A stretch of DNA of 63,352 nucleotides, the filler included, from Chiloscyllium plagiosum (Eukaryota), in assembly GCF_004010195.1 (NCBI RefSeq). It is 5 parts of 2 records of this genome, joined end to end, with 100 filler letters (N's around TTAATTAATTAA, not from the genome) between each part and the next. Parts side by side here need not be neighbours in the genome. Positions count along the whole stretch, not along the records: positions 17,956 to 27,295 come from NC_057712.1; positions 27,396 to 40,601 come from NC_057712.1; 3 more parts are not named here. One strand, given 5' to 3'. Shown piece by piece: positions 24,871-37,255 of the stretch; position 1 is the first letter of the stretch; every line of letters begins with the position of its first letter. The translations under genes and the position numbers were made by a program. The notes below the pieces were generated by a model. The model was not told the DNA's origin. It made no database searches and saw nothing but the letters and a program-made list of their open reading frames with translations.

Positions 24871-26820
24871 TAAGAGAGCTCATAAGCCGGCATCTAACAG
24901 AATATACACCTTAGACAGTCCACCAACATCTGGCTTGGAACAGTTAAAATGCTTAGCAACATCCAAATCAGAACCAAACAAAATGAATGACTGGTTAAAT
25001 GGTTACCTGGTTCTAATGGAGCTCGGTCTCAGTGCCAATGTCAATAAATGTTAAGCTGGAATACACAGAAGATCATCCAGGGAACAAGGAAGTCAATGTT
25101 TCGTGTCAAAATCCTTCATCAGGACCTATTTCTGTGATTGCAGAAGCAGTCTTTAACGAAATTCACTCTGGACTCCAACTCTTAAGTTTATGTAAGACCT
25201 CGACTCAACTGAGACCCCATTCCAGGGAACCTTGACAGATGGAAGGGTACTACTTCGGTTCCAGTCTCTTATGAGCCAGTTCAGTTACCGGTGATTGTAG
25301 TAAAAGGCTTGGGCACAAGCTTGATGAGGCTAAAGTGGTTGAGAAAAATTCACCTAGATTGGCTCAAGATTTTTCAATTAGAAATGGCTACCTGAGTGAA
25401 ATCCTAATTAAACACCTGGAGGCTTTTCAAGAAGGTCTAGGGACCATCAACGGAGCTGAGGTCACCTTACATGTTGACCAGGAAGCAGTTTCACAATTCT
25501 GCAATTTGCCATTTGCCTTACGGGCAGAAGTCGAGGCAGAAAACAGAAGGCTGGAAAGCAAAAGAATCATCATAACAGTCCAGTTTGTGGAATGGACCAC
25601 ACAAGTCATTCTGATTGTAAAGGCTGACATGTCAGTTTGCCTTTGCAGGGATTTTAAACAAATTGTAAACCACTATTCACAGTTGGATGAACACCCATTC
25701 CCTTGCATAGCGGATTTATACACAAAGCTGGCAGGGGGACTGTCCTTCACAAGCTGGACCTGACCCACGCATACTTCTAATTGCAAATAGATAAGGATTC
25801 CTGGAAGTATGTAACAATACCCATAAGGGTTTATACCAGTAAGCAAGACTGGCATTTGGGCTTTCATCAGCCTGTGCAATTTTTCAGTGGATCATTTTAC
25901 CCCAGGTCGCCACTTATCTAAATGATGTACTACTAACAATGAAGACCAATAAGGAGCCCTTAGAGAGCTTGGACATAGTCCTTAAACATTTTTCCCAAGT
26001 GAGCAAATGCCACAGGAGTGAAAAATGTGTGTTTCAGGCATCCCAAGTGACCTATTTGAGCCACAGTGTCAACAGGACTGGGTTGCACATGTTGGAAGAT
26101 AAAGTGAGGCTGATCAAAGATGCCCTTGTTCCCACGTCTGTTACCGGAGCTTAGGATTTTCCTTCATGTGGTGAATTATTCCAGAAAGTTTATACAAAAC
26201 TTGGCCTCCATCCTTGTACCTTTGCACCATCTCTTAAAAATGGGTCAGCCTTGGAAATCGTTGCGCAGACAAGACATAACTTTCACGCAAGTGAAGAAAC
26301 AGCTATCATCCTCTCAAGGTGTTGGCAATGAGACCTGGAATTGACATACGCAATACCTCCTCATCAGCATCAGGGTAATATTTGCTCATCAGTGGAGCTA
26401 ATGGAAAGGAACACCCAATAGCGTATGCATCCAGGTCTCTGGGCTAGTGCAGAGTGTAAATACATTCAGATAGAGAAGGAAGGTTTGGCAGTCTTATTGA
26501 TGGTCAGGAAGTTACATCAATGCTTTTTCAAATGTAAATGTGTAATAGTAACAGATCACAAACACCAACTAGGTCTACTTAAAGAGGACAAGACAGTGCT
26601 GCCCATAGCTTCAGGCCGAATTCAGCAGCGGACTCTAATAATAAATGCCCTACGTTTACAAGTTGGAACACCATCCGGGAGGCCAAGTAGCAAATGTGGA
26701 TGCATTGAGCTGCTTTCTGCTGGCAGGCCCACCACCAGTGGTATTGCCACTGGAAGAGTCTGTAATGGTTTTAAATTTTCTGGACACGCTTCTAGTCACA
26801 AGTGACAATATCAGACTCTG

Positions 26821-27676
26821 TACTACATCCTCAGGAGAACTCATACTCTCAACAAACTGTATTACAATTCCATCTCAAAAATCAAAAACTGTAAGTTCAA
26901 CAAACTTTTATCCACCAACCTCCATAACCAGCACTCCTCAAACATTCCAGAAGATTCCCCTCGCCGCGGAACCTATTCCGCCATTAGCCATGCGGCTGAT
27001 GCAGCTGCCACCCCCACGCTGATTGATGATGTCACTTCCGCCCCCATCATGGCCATTCCCACAACCACTTCCACCCCTCACAATTCCTCATGCATCACAC
27101 GTGACATCACTTCTGTCCCTCACATCATCGCTGATGCCACATGCTCAGTGACTTCCGCTACCCCTATTGCCGTTTTCACCACCACTTCCACCCCCACCAG
27201 CGCCACTCACCAGAGACCCCACTGTCACTATCCCCACCCCCCAGAACCCCGAGGGGAACACTACCCCTGCTCATGACTCCACCCCCATTCCCCCCNNNNN
27301 NNNNNNNNNNNNNNNNNNNNNNNNNNNNNNNNNNNNNNNTTAATTAATTAANNNNNNNNNNNNNNNNNNNNNNNNNNNNNNNNNNNNNNNNNNNNCTGTC
27401 CTCATGACTTGTCCGGACTTGTCCTACCTGCCCAGCTCCTTTTCCACCTATCCACTCCATCCTCTTCTCCCTGACCTATCACCTTCATCCCCTCCCCCAC
27501 TCACCCATTGTACTCTATGCTACTTTCTCCCCACCGCCACCCTCCTCTAGCTTATCTCTCCACGCTTCAGGCTCTCTGCCTTTATTCCTGATGAAGGGCT
27601 TTTGCCCGAAATGTCGATTTCGAAGCTCCTTGGATGCTGCCTGAACTGCTGTGCTCTTCCAGCACCACTAATCCAG
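26821..27676 (+). mobile_element. PLE insertion spanning a gap (low-complexity 5' region plus 3' pLTR)
   Basis: TSD AATATCAGACT(C/T)TG at 26807-26820 and 27677-27690. Hammerhead core starts at 27588. Confidence 0.7.
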
Positions 27677-28775
27677 AATATCAGACTTTGGACAAGTCCT
27701 GGCAAAACTAAAGGCAGTGATGCTGGAAAAGCACAGCAGGTCAGGCAGCATCCGAGGAGCAGGACGCTGTCTGACCTGCTGTGCTTTTCCAGCACCACAA
27801 TCTTGACTCTGATCTCCAGCATCTGCAGTCCTCACTTTCTCCTAATAGTGGTGATGGGCCATCACAACCAGAATTGACACATTTTTGGACCCAGAGAGAC
27901 CAGATCACATTACAGGACAGCATATTATTAAGGAGAGCAAGGGTGATTATCCTGAGCAAAGGTCACTGCCAGATACAGGCTCAACTCCACCAGGATCATC
28001 CATGGGTTTCCAAAATGAAGACACTGATGAGAAGTTATGTCTGTTGGCCAGGATAGGATGCAAACATAACTGCATTGGTGGAGCTGTGCTCAGAGTGCCA
28101 ACAAAGACAAAAGTTATCACCAGCAACTCCACCATATTGGTGGGAATGGCCAGCTGAACCCTGGACTCAGTTACACATCGACTATGCAGTTCCTTTCATG
28201 GACTCATGTTCTTAGTCATTATGGATGTCCACTCAAAATGGCTGGACGTGCATAGAGTTCATTCGTCAAACACAATGACGACGATAGAAAAATTGCGCGT
28301 ATCTTTTGCAACACATAGACTCCCAGAAGTGTTGGCCACAGATAATGGGCCATCGTCTACCAGCAGGGAGTTTAAGCATTTCTGGTATTCAACAAATAAG
28401 GACAGCTCCATACCATCCATCATCCAATGGTCTGGCAGAAAGAGCTGTCCAAACTTTGAAGGCAGACTTAAAGAAACAGACTACAGCTTCACTTGATACC
28501 AAAGTGTCCTTGCTTGATTACAGGATCATCTTTCATGCAACTACAGCAGAATTGCCCCTGGGGAGAAGACTCCACACAGATTAAACTCGACCTTCCCAGA
28601 ACTTGAGGGTCGGGAGGATGTGGTGGTGGTGGTTGTGGAAAGGCATCAGGAACACGAATGTCGGATGCAAGACTCCGCTAAGCGACAGTTTACTCCAGGG
28701 GATGAAGTTTGGTTTAAGAACTGCGGAAATGGCCCTGCTTGGATAAGAGGCATGGTTGATGTGACGTCAGAGTCA

Positions 28776-29929
28776 AAGAGTATGGTGCTGGAAAAGCACA
28801 GCCAGTCAGGCCGCAAGAGAGTCGACATTTCGAGCATAAGGAATGAGGGGGTTGCCCAAGGAGCTTGAGGGATAAATGGGAGGGGGCTGGAGCTGGGGGA
28901 AGGTAGCTGAGAATTCGGTAGGGAGCTGAAGGTGGGGGTGAAGGTGGTAGGTAGGAGAGGAGGGCGGAAAAGAGAGGTGAACTGTTCAAAAGGTCAGTAT
29001 GAGTTGGAAAGTTGGATCTGGGATAAGATGAGGAAGGGGAAATGAGGAAACTGGTGAAATCCACATTGATAGCTTCCGCTACCCATAAACAGACCCTACC
29101 ACTATGGATACATTCCCCTCCCCATCCCTATCTGTGTTCTGCAAAGACTATTCCCTTCGCGACTCCCTTGTTAGGTCCATGCCCCCCAACCAACTCACAC
29201 CCCACTCCTGGCACCTTCCCCTCCCACCTCAAGAAGTGCAAAACCTGCGCCCACAACTCCCCCCTCATCCCAATCCATGGCCCAAAAGGATCATTCCACA
29301 TCCAACAGAGATTTACTTGTATATCCACACACAACATCTACTGTGTCTGTTGCTCTCAACGTGTTCTCCTCGACAATGGGGAGACAGGACACCAACTCGT
29401 GGATTATTTCAGAGAATATCTCTGGGACACACGCACTAAGCAATTCCACCACCTTGTGGCCAAACACTTTAACTCACCCTCACACTCCACAAGGACATGC
29501 AAGTCCTGGGCCTCCTCCACCACCAAACTCTAGCCACCCAATGCCTGGAGGAAGAATGCCTCATCTTCCACCTTGGGACCATCCAACCACACGGGATCAA
29601 TGTGGATTTCACCAGTTTCCTCATCTCCCCTCCCCCCACCTTATCCCAGATCCAACCTTCCAACTCAGCACAACCTTCTTGACTTGTCCTACCTGTCCAC
29701 CTTCTTCCCCATCTATCCGCTCCAACCTATCAACTTCAACCTCACCTTCATCTACCTATCACACTCCCAGCTACCTTCCCCTCCCAGCCCCACAACCCTC
29801 TCATTTAACTCTCAGCCCCTATGAGCCACCCCGGCATTCCTGATGAAGGGCTTATGCTCGAAATGTCAACTCTCTTGCTCCTCAGATGCTGCCTGACTGG
29901 CTGCACTTTTCTGCACCAAACACTTGTCC
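28776..29929 (+). mobile_element. 5'-truncated Neptune-like PLE with an inverted 5' pLTR
   Basis: Inverted pLTR (28776 to about 29068), KKCKTCAH linker, GIY-YIG region NIYCVCCSQR...GET, direct pLTR with hammerhead at 29840. 18-bp TSD with one mismatch at 28758-28775 and 29930-29947. Confidence 0.85.
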
Positions 29930-30311
29930 GATGTGAGGTCAGAGTCAGTGACATTTGAAGATGCAAAGATCCTGAACAAGCACATGGACCATATGAAAGC
30001 TGCAAACCTGCAAACAGTGCAGGAGCAAACTGTGCCCGTCCTCGACAGCCCTTCTGACTTTTCCAGAACCTATTGGTTCTCCCTCTCTACCAAGCGTTGT
30101 TGATGCCTTGGAATCAGAGGTGTGTACAGCGGATGTTGCTGCCTCAACACCCTTGCTGCCTGAAGAGGAGAATGCATTTCTTCTGAGATGCTCTGGCCCA
30201 AGAGGCGACCTTCTATACAAGACATGCTGCCTGTAACAAAGGCAGAGTTGGAGGAACCTGGCCTGGAGGTGCTACAAGAAAGAAAAACCAGCTCGGACTC
30301 AGAGGGGTGGG

Positions 30312-30544
30312 TGTAGTGAGCATAACAAAGTTAGCCAGGTGGACTTCACAGAATATGAGTTCCCCGATTGGGGTTGTTAATTGGTCTAATCAAGGAGCCC
30401 TGGCTGACAGATAAAAAAGAAGTGTCAGATATCTTGTTCACTCCGAGAGCTGGCTCTGAGGAGCTGGATCAGTGTCATAGACTGTACATGTGTAAATAAA
30501 GGGTGACTTGATGATGGGATACCGGCCTCTGTGGAGTCAGTTCA
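30312..30544 (+). mobile_element. Gypsy 3' LTR
   Basis: Purine tract AGAGGGGTGGG (30301-30311), then TGTAGT...TTCA, with AATAAA at 30495-30500. Confidence 0.8.
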
Positions 30545-30588
30545 ACTTACCTTCAGTCACTCGAATAGCCAATACAATTACTGTTTGT

Positions 30589-30908
30589 TTAGATTAGATT
30601 AGTTACAGTGTGGAAACAGGCCTTTCGGCCCAACAAGTCCACACCGACCCGCCGAAGCGTATACCACCCAGACCCATACTCCTACATTTACCCCTTCACC
30701 TAACACTACGGGCAATTTAGCATGGCCAATTCACCTAACCTGCACATTTTTGGACTGTGGGAGGAAACCGGAGCACCCGGAGGAAACCCACGCAGACACG
30801 GGGAGAATGTGCAAACTCCACACAGAGAGTCGCCTGAGGCGGGAGTTGAACCCGGGTCTCTGGCGCTGTGAGGCAGCAGTGCTAATCACTGTGCCACCGT
30901 GCCGCCCA
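30589..30908 (-). mobile_element. HE1-type SINE, full length and CpG-rich
   Basis: Complete head, V-core and (TCTAA)n tail. Confidence 0.92.
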
Positions 30909-31727
30909 CAAACTATTAACCTTTAATAGTTTGTGTCCTATTATTGGGCCAGTTTCTGATCCATCTCATTACATTTCCTTAAATTCCATGTGCTTTAACC
31001 TTCTCAATCAGTCTCCTTGTCAAAAACTTTGCTAAAATCCATATAAACTACATCAACCAAACACCCGCCATCCACACACCTGATCACATATTTGAAAAAT
31101 TCTAACAAATTTGTTAGGCATGACCTTCCTCTGACAAAGCCACGCTGACTGTCCCTACTTTACCCATGCTTTCTAAGTGGATATTAACTCTTTCCTTCAG
31201 ACTTTTCTCTCATAATTTCACTAGTACTGAACTAGTCTGCAATTTCCCGGTTCATCTCCACCACCCTTCTTGAAAAGTAACCATTCTCCAGTCCTCTGGC
31301 ATTTCCCCCATGGAATTAAAGATTTGTGTCACAGCCCCTGCAATTTCCTGCCTTTCCTCCCAAAGCAGCCTGTGATGCAATTAATCTGAGCCAGGGAATT
31401 TGTTCAACAGAGCCTTCAATACCTTTCCATTTCCTATTTTAAAATGTAAAAGTTTCTCACAATCCCCTTTCCTGAATTCTGTTTTCCATTTCCCAGAATG
31501 AAGACCAAAGAGAAGGATTCATTTAACACCTTTTTAATATGCTGTGGCTTTACACATAGGTTGTCACTTCGGTCCCTAATGAGTCCTACTCTTTCCCTGC
31601 TTAACATCTTGCCTTTAATAGTTTATAAGGCACATAATCCACAAGTGAACAATCAAAAAAATTACGTGTTTCCATTTATCAATTGAATCTCAGGCAGCAT
31701 TGCCAATTGCTAATAACGTACAAGTAC

Positions 31728-31935
31728 CTGTTCTCTGCTAGTTCTTGCCCCAGGGTTGCTGCTCCTTCCCAGACTGCCATTAGGTGTCGTACCACAACTA
31801 CTGATCACCATTAGCTGCTTTTCAGCCCTGTCTGCTCTGTCCAGAAGTTCCTCTATAAATTGCTGCAGGCGAACTTTTGCATTTGCTTCACGTGCTGCTG
31901 TCTCTTGTAAGAACTGATCAATCTGTGACACTTCC
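31728..31935 (-). CDS. FBXO41: FBXO41 second coding exon (coiled coil)
   Basis: The acceptor TTTTTGCAG|G at 31936/31935 completes the split codon CA|G. It then reads EVSQIDQFLQETAAREANAKVRLQQFIEELLDRADRAEKQLMVISSCGTTPNGSLGR, continuing FBXO41. The likely donor is CAG|GTACTT at 31728/31727; a GTACGT 6 nt further on is an alternative. Confidence 0.93.
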
Positions 31936-32197
31936 CTGCAAAAATCAATAGGGGAAAGAAGTATATTGAATCACAAAACCAAGCAAATGATTCCAATTCT
32001 TAGCAAGTTCTACTGATGAGCATTCAAACATGTCAATGATAGCTCTACATTTTTCTTTTCTAACTGAACTTTAAATATATTCAATGGTGAATTGACAGCT
32101 GATAGTTAGATATTAGGTCATCGTCATAGTATCACTAACTCATTAGAGAAAGATAACAATACAACATTTAAAAGGCATCTGGATGGATGCATGAATA

Positions 32198-32412
32198 CAG
32201 GTAGTTCTCCTATAATGCAATGTTGCATTCTTGTGCAACATGGCATTATTGAAAAATCGTGATTTAGAAATAGCGCTTAAAATGTTGGCAATGTAATTGC
32301 ATGACAGCCAACACATTTTAAAGGTTCATGTTTTGGAAACTGTATCCCAATTCGTCAATCATACTACAGCGAATTCGCATTAACAAAATGCGTGTTGTAG
32401 CCGAATGGCCTG
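32198..32412. mobile_element. Tc1/mariner (Tigger/pogo-like) MITE
   Basis: TA|CAGGTAGTTCTCCTATAATGC ... GTGTTGTAGCCGAATGGCCTG|GA: imperfect ~21-bp TIRs. It interrupts a CR1 3' end at a TA dinucleotide. Confidence 0.65.
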
Positions 32413-33023
32413 GAGGAAGGGCTTAGAGGGATATGGACCAAATGCTGGGAAATGGGACTAGATCAATTTAGGGTACCTGGTCAGCGCAGATGAGTTGGGC
32501 CTAAGGATCTGTTTCCATGCTGTATAATTCTATGACTCTATGACTGGTGGTGGTTTCACATGAGGGTTATCACACCACGTGAGGGGAAGGGAGAGATTGA
32601 GGAGGGATCTCAGGGTAACCTCAACCAGTGTAGGAATTGAATCAGTGTTGTTGGTGTCACTCTGTTTTGCAAACCAGCCATCTGCAATGCAGCATGATGC
32701 CAACAGCGTGGATAAATGGGAGTGGAGTGGGCCTGGGGAAAGGTAGCTGAGAATGCAACAGATAGATCAACGTGGGGGTGATGGAGATAGTGACTGTCAA
32801 GAAGATGTGGCTGTCAAGACCCTAAGAATCTTATTTGTTTGAATAAGGTCTAGTCTCCAATGAATCCAACCTACTCAACCTCTCTTCATAAAAAAAATCC
32901 CTCCATACCCTGGATCAAACTAGTGAACTCTATCAAGTAGATAAGGGAGCCAAGACTATCCAGCTGTGGTCCAACTAGTGCTTTGTATAGTTTAAACAAG
33001 ACTTCCCTATTTTTATTGACAAT

Positions 33024-33387
33024 GTTAAAAATCACACAACACCAGGTCATCGTCCAACAGATTTAATTGGAACCTGAGAATGCAACTTTTAAAAAAAAGT
33101 TTTGTGATTTACACATGAAAGAAGTGAAACTATCATGATATTCGAACAGATGAAAGACTCAGCAGACAATCAAGGTATTTTTCAATGTATAATTTCAGTA
33201 ACATCACACTGTAAACGTTTGCTATAAATTCTGTGCCTGACAACTGAGCCCTCCACAACCACCTGGATGAAGGAGCGTCGTTCTGAAAGCTAGTGCTTTC
33301 AATTAAACCTGTTGGACTATAACCTGGTTTTTTGTGATTTTTAACTTTGTACACCCCAGTCCAATACCAGCATCTCCAAACCACGAC
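33024..33387 (+). mobile_element. Family-B PLE 3' fragment with an inverted 5' pLTR piece
   Basis: 33024-33072 is complementary to about 33298-33345. TSD TTTTAT(T/C)GACAAT at 33011-33023 and 33388-33400. Degenerate hammerhead near 33263. Confidence 0.8.
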
Positions 33388-33489
33388 TTTTATCGACAAT
33401 AGTTGTTCAGCTAAAGTTTGAGACAAATTTCTTAAAGAAACTATACATCTTGAAAAATCTCCTGACTTCTCATTTAGTTTGAGGAACTC

Positions 33490-34412
33490 ATAGAAACATA
33501 GAATCCCTACAGCTTAGAAGCAGGCCATTTGGCCCATCGAATCCAAGCCGACTCTCCGAAAAGTATCTCACCCGGACTCTAACCTCCCCAACTTGTGCCT
33601 GTAACCCTGCATTTCCTATGGCTAATCCACCTAGCCTGCACATCCCTAGATACTTAGTATGCGGTACCGATTTGTACCTCGACTTCTGGTTGCTCTCCCT
33701 CTTCCTTAAGAATCCTGTAGACTCGATCTGAGACATCCCTGACTTTGGCATCTGGAGTCTTAGAACATAGAACATAGAAGAATACAGCGCAGTACAGGCC
33801 CTTCGGCCCTCGATGTTGCGCCGATCCAAGCCCACCTAACCTATACTAACCCACTATCCTCCATATACCTATCCAATGCCCGCTTAAATGCCCATAATGA
33901 GGGAGAGTCCACCACTGCTACTGGCAGGGCATTCCATGAACTCACAACTCGCTGAGTAAAGAACCTACCCCTAACATCTGTCCTATACCTACCCCCCCTT
34001 AATTTAAAGCTATGCCCCCTTGTAATAGCTGACTCCATACGAGGAAAACGATTCTCACTGTCGACCCTATCTAAACCCCTAATCATCTTATACACCTCTA
34101 TCAAGTCACCCCCAAACCTTCTTTTCTCCAATGAAAACAACCCCAAGTGCCTCAGCCTTTCCTCATACGATCTTTGCTGGTGACCACAGGATCTCCTGTC
34201 TGTCCCTCTCATGATTGAATCTCCTGTTACTAGGGCAATTTAGCATGGCCGATTCACCTAACCTGAACATCTTTGGATTGTGGGAGGAATTTGGAGCATC
34301 TGGAGGAAACCCACACAGGCACAGGTAGAATATGCAAAGTCCACACAGATAGTTGCCCAAGGATGGAATCCAGGTTCCTAGTGTAAGACAGCAGCGCTAA
34401 CCACTGAGCCGC
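33490..34412 (-). mobile_element. HE1 SINE split by an inverted CR1 ORF1 segment and a young CR1 3' fragment (about 33762-34172)
   Basis: SINE tail at about 33490-33655 and head/core at about 34232-34412. The intervening CR1 peptide is YEERLRHLGLFSLEKRRFGGDLIEVYKMIRG. Confidence 0.8.
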
Positions 34413-34844
34413 CCTTTCCTTTTGTACTATGTTTATTTCAAATATTGATGATGTTGTTTCCAAATTAATCAGTCCCAAACTCCCAGCTAACCATTAACCA
34501 TCTAGGATGGTGTGGTGTTATATGAACCTTTCTTTCATTTCATTTCATTTAAGAACTACTTAGATGAGTACTTGAAATGCCATTGCATATAAGGCTGGGG
34601 GCTAATGCTGGAAAATGTGATAAGAATCAATAAATGTTTGGTGACCAGCATGGACGTGCTAGACCAGAGGGCCTTTTTCCTCCTTTAAAAACTCTATGCC
34701 TCTAACAGCATCGTGGGTCTACTTACAAACACATGGGCTGCAGTGGTTCAAGAGTTAACTCTATACTACCTTTTCAAAAACATGTAGGGTTGGGCAATAG
34801 ATGCTAGTCTAGCCAGTGATACCCACATCTTGGAAGCATACCAT

Positions 34845-37255
34845 TTCGGATACTGTTGGGGGGGCACAACCTAAGAAGGCAAAGCCACAGCAGCCAGATT
34901 TCTGGCACTGAGCCTGGCTCAATAACTGAGAAGGAAAGGGGGGAGAATAGGAGAGCAGTAGTGACAGGAGATTCAATCATGAGAGGGACAGACAGGAGAT
35001 TCTGTGGTCACCAGCAAGACTCCAGATGCCAAAGTCAGGGATGTCTCAGATCGAGTCTACAGGATTCTTAAGGAAGAGGGTACACATCAGTACCAATGAC
35101 CTAGGTAAGGAAATGGAAGAGGACCTGAAAAGAGAACATAGGGAGTTATGTGGAAGCTAGAAGGCAGGACAAGCAGAGTAGTAATCTCAGGATTGCTACC
35201 AGTGCCACGTGCTAGTGAGGCTAAGAATAGGGAGCCAGTGCAGATGAACACGTGGCTGCAGGGCTGCTGTGGGAGGGAGAGCTTCATATATGTGGATCAC
35301 TGGGATAGGTCTAGGGAAGGTGGGACCTGTACAAGAAGGACAGGTTGCACTTGAACAGGAGGGGCAGCAATATCCTGGATGGGAAGTTTGCTAGAACTCT
35401 TTGGGAGGGTTTAAACTGGATTGACAGGGGGAAGGGAACCTGAACTACAGATCAAATGATGGAGTAGATAGTGAACAACCAGATACAGCAATGCAGAGAG
35501 TCTGTGAGGAGGGACAGGCACTCGATAGCGCAAAGGTGCAGTCAGTGTCATGGGTTGAAGTGTGTCTATTTTAATGCAATAGTATCAGGAGTAAGGGTGA
35601 TGAACTCAGATGGATCAGTACTTCGAACTATGATGTTGTGGCCATTACAAAGACTTGAATATCACAGGAGCAGGAATAATTGTTGGAAGTTCCAGGGTTT
35701 AGATGTTTCAAAAGGAATGGGGGGTGCACAGTTGCAGAAAGAGAGATCGTTGAGGAGGGTTTGTCTACTGAGTCAGTATGGGTGGAAGTCAGAAATCAGA
35801 AAGGAGCAGTCACTTTATTGGGAGCTTTATGGGAAAGTACTTACTTCGGGGAGGGGGAATTACAATGCTATTAGGCAGGAACTGTTCAGCATAAATTGGG
35901 AACAGATGTTCTCAGGGGAATGCGTGACAGAAATGTGGAGGTTGTTTAGGGAGCACTTGCTGATCATGCTGGATAGGTTTGACCCACTGAGACAAGGAAG
36001 GGATGGGAGGGTAAAAGAACCTTGGATGACGAAGGATATGGAACATCTGGTCAAGAGAAAGAAGGAAGCTTACTTAAGGTTGAGGAGGAAACAGACTGAT
36101 ATGCCAGAACAGGTTGATGTTAGGAAGGAGGACGTGCTGAGAAATTTAAAAAACATAAGGATAGATATACACCCTGGCCAGACGGGTTATACCCTAGGTT
36201 ACTGCAGGAAGCCAGGCAAGAGATTACCACATCTTTAGCAATGATCTTTGCCTCCTCACTGTCCAGTGGAGTAGTACCAGATGATTGGAGGGTGGCAAAC
36301 TTCACTCCCTTGTTCAACGTGATTTGGAGATGCTGGTGTTGGATTAGGGTGCACAAAGTTAAAAATCACACAACACCAGGCTATAGTCCAACAGGTTTAT
36401 TTGGAAGCACTAGCTTTCGGAATGCTGATGAAGGAGCAGCACTCTGAAAGCTAGTGCTTCCAATTAAACCTGTTCGACTATTCCCTTGTTCAAGACAGGG
36501 AATAAAGGTAGTCCTGGGAATTACAGACCAGTCAGTCTTATGTCAGTAGTGTGCAAAGTGTTGGAGAGGATTCTGAGAGACAGGATATATGATTACATGG
36601 AAAACGATAGTTTGATTAGAGATAGCATGTGAGGGGCAGGTTATGTCTCACAAACCTTACTGAATTCTTTGAGGTGTGACAAAACACATTGAAGAAGTAG
36701 AGAAGTGGATGTAGTGTATATTGATTTTAGCAAGACATTTGATAAGGTTCCCCACGGTAGGCTCATTCATAAAGTAAGGAAGCATGGGATATAGAGAAAT
36801 CTGGCTGCTGGATGCAGAATTGGCTGGCCCATTGAAGACAGAAGATGGTGGTAGAGCCGGGAGCTCAGTGATAGGTGGTGTTCTGCAGGGATTAGTTCTG
36901 CTCTTTTTATAAACGACTTGGATAAGTAAATGGAAGGGTGGGTTAGCAAGTTTGCTGATGACATGACGGTTGGTGGTGTTGTGGATAGTGTGGAGGGCTG
37001 TTGTAGGTTGCAACAAGACATCGAAGAGATGCAGAACTGGGTGATAAGTGTCAGGTGGAGTTCAACCTGAAAAAGTGTGAAGTCATTCACTTTTGAAGGT
37101 CGAATCTGAAAGCAGAATACATGGGTGAAAGGTAAGATTCTTGGCAGTATGGAGGAACAGAGGGATCTTGGTATCCATGTCCATAGGTCTCTCAAAGTTG
37201 CCACTCAGGCTCGTGGGGTTGTTAAGAAGACATATGGAGTGTTGGCGTTCATTAC
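34845..37255 (+). mobile_element. Internally deleted CR1 (ORF1 esterase to ORF2 RT)
   Basis: GDSIMRGTDRRFCG, VVISGLLPVPRAS, CVYFNA, VPDDWRVAN and KFADDM. Confidence 0.88.
36318..36481. mobile_element. Family-B fold-back PLE mini-element with a hammerhead core at 36425-36453
   Basis: Exact 12-bp TSD TCCCTTGTTCAA at 36306-36317 and 36482-36493. Inverted arms of about 39 bp. Core CTGATGA-A-GGAGCAGCACTCT-GAAA-GC-TA-GTG. Confidence 0.85.

Larger units (their letters stand above)
24875..30544 (+). mobile_element. Decayed Ty3/Gypsy LTR retrotransposon (pol to 3' LTR) interrupted by PLE inserts
   Basis: Domain order is PR-RT-RH-IN: VCLCRDFKQIVN, CVFQASQVTYL, YIQIEKEGLAV, TDHKHQLGL, LHQDHPWVSKMK, FLVIMDVHSKWLDV, TDNGP and APYHPSSNGLAERAVQT. 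The 5' LTR and gag were not identified. Confidence 0.9.

Noticed and set aside
30589..30908. tRNA genes suggested by A/B boxes
   Set aside because: The boxes are heads of SINEs continuing into a V-core and LINE tail, with no complete cloverleaf.
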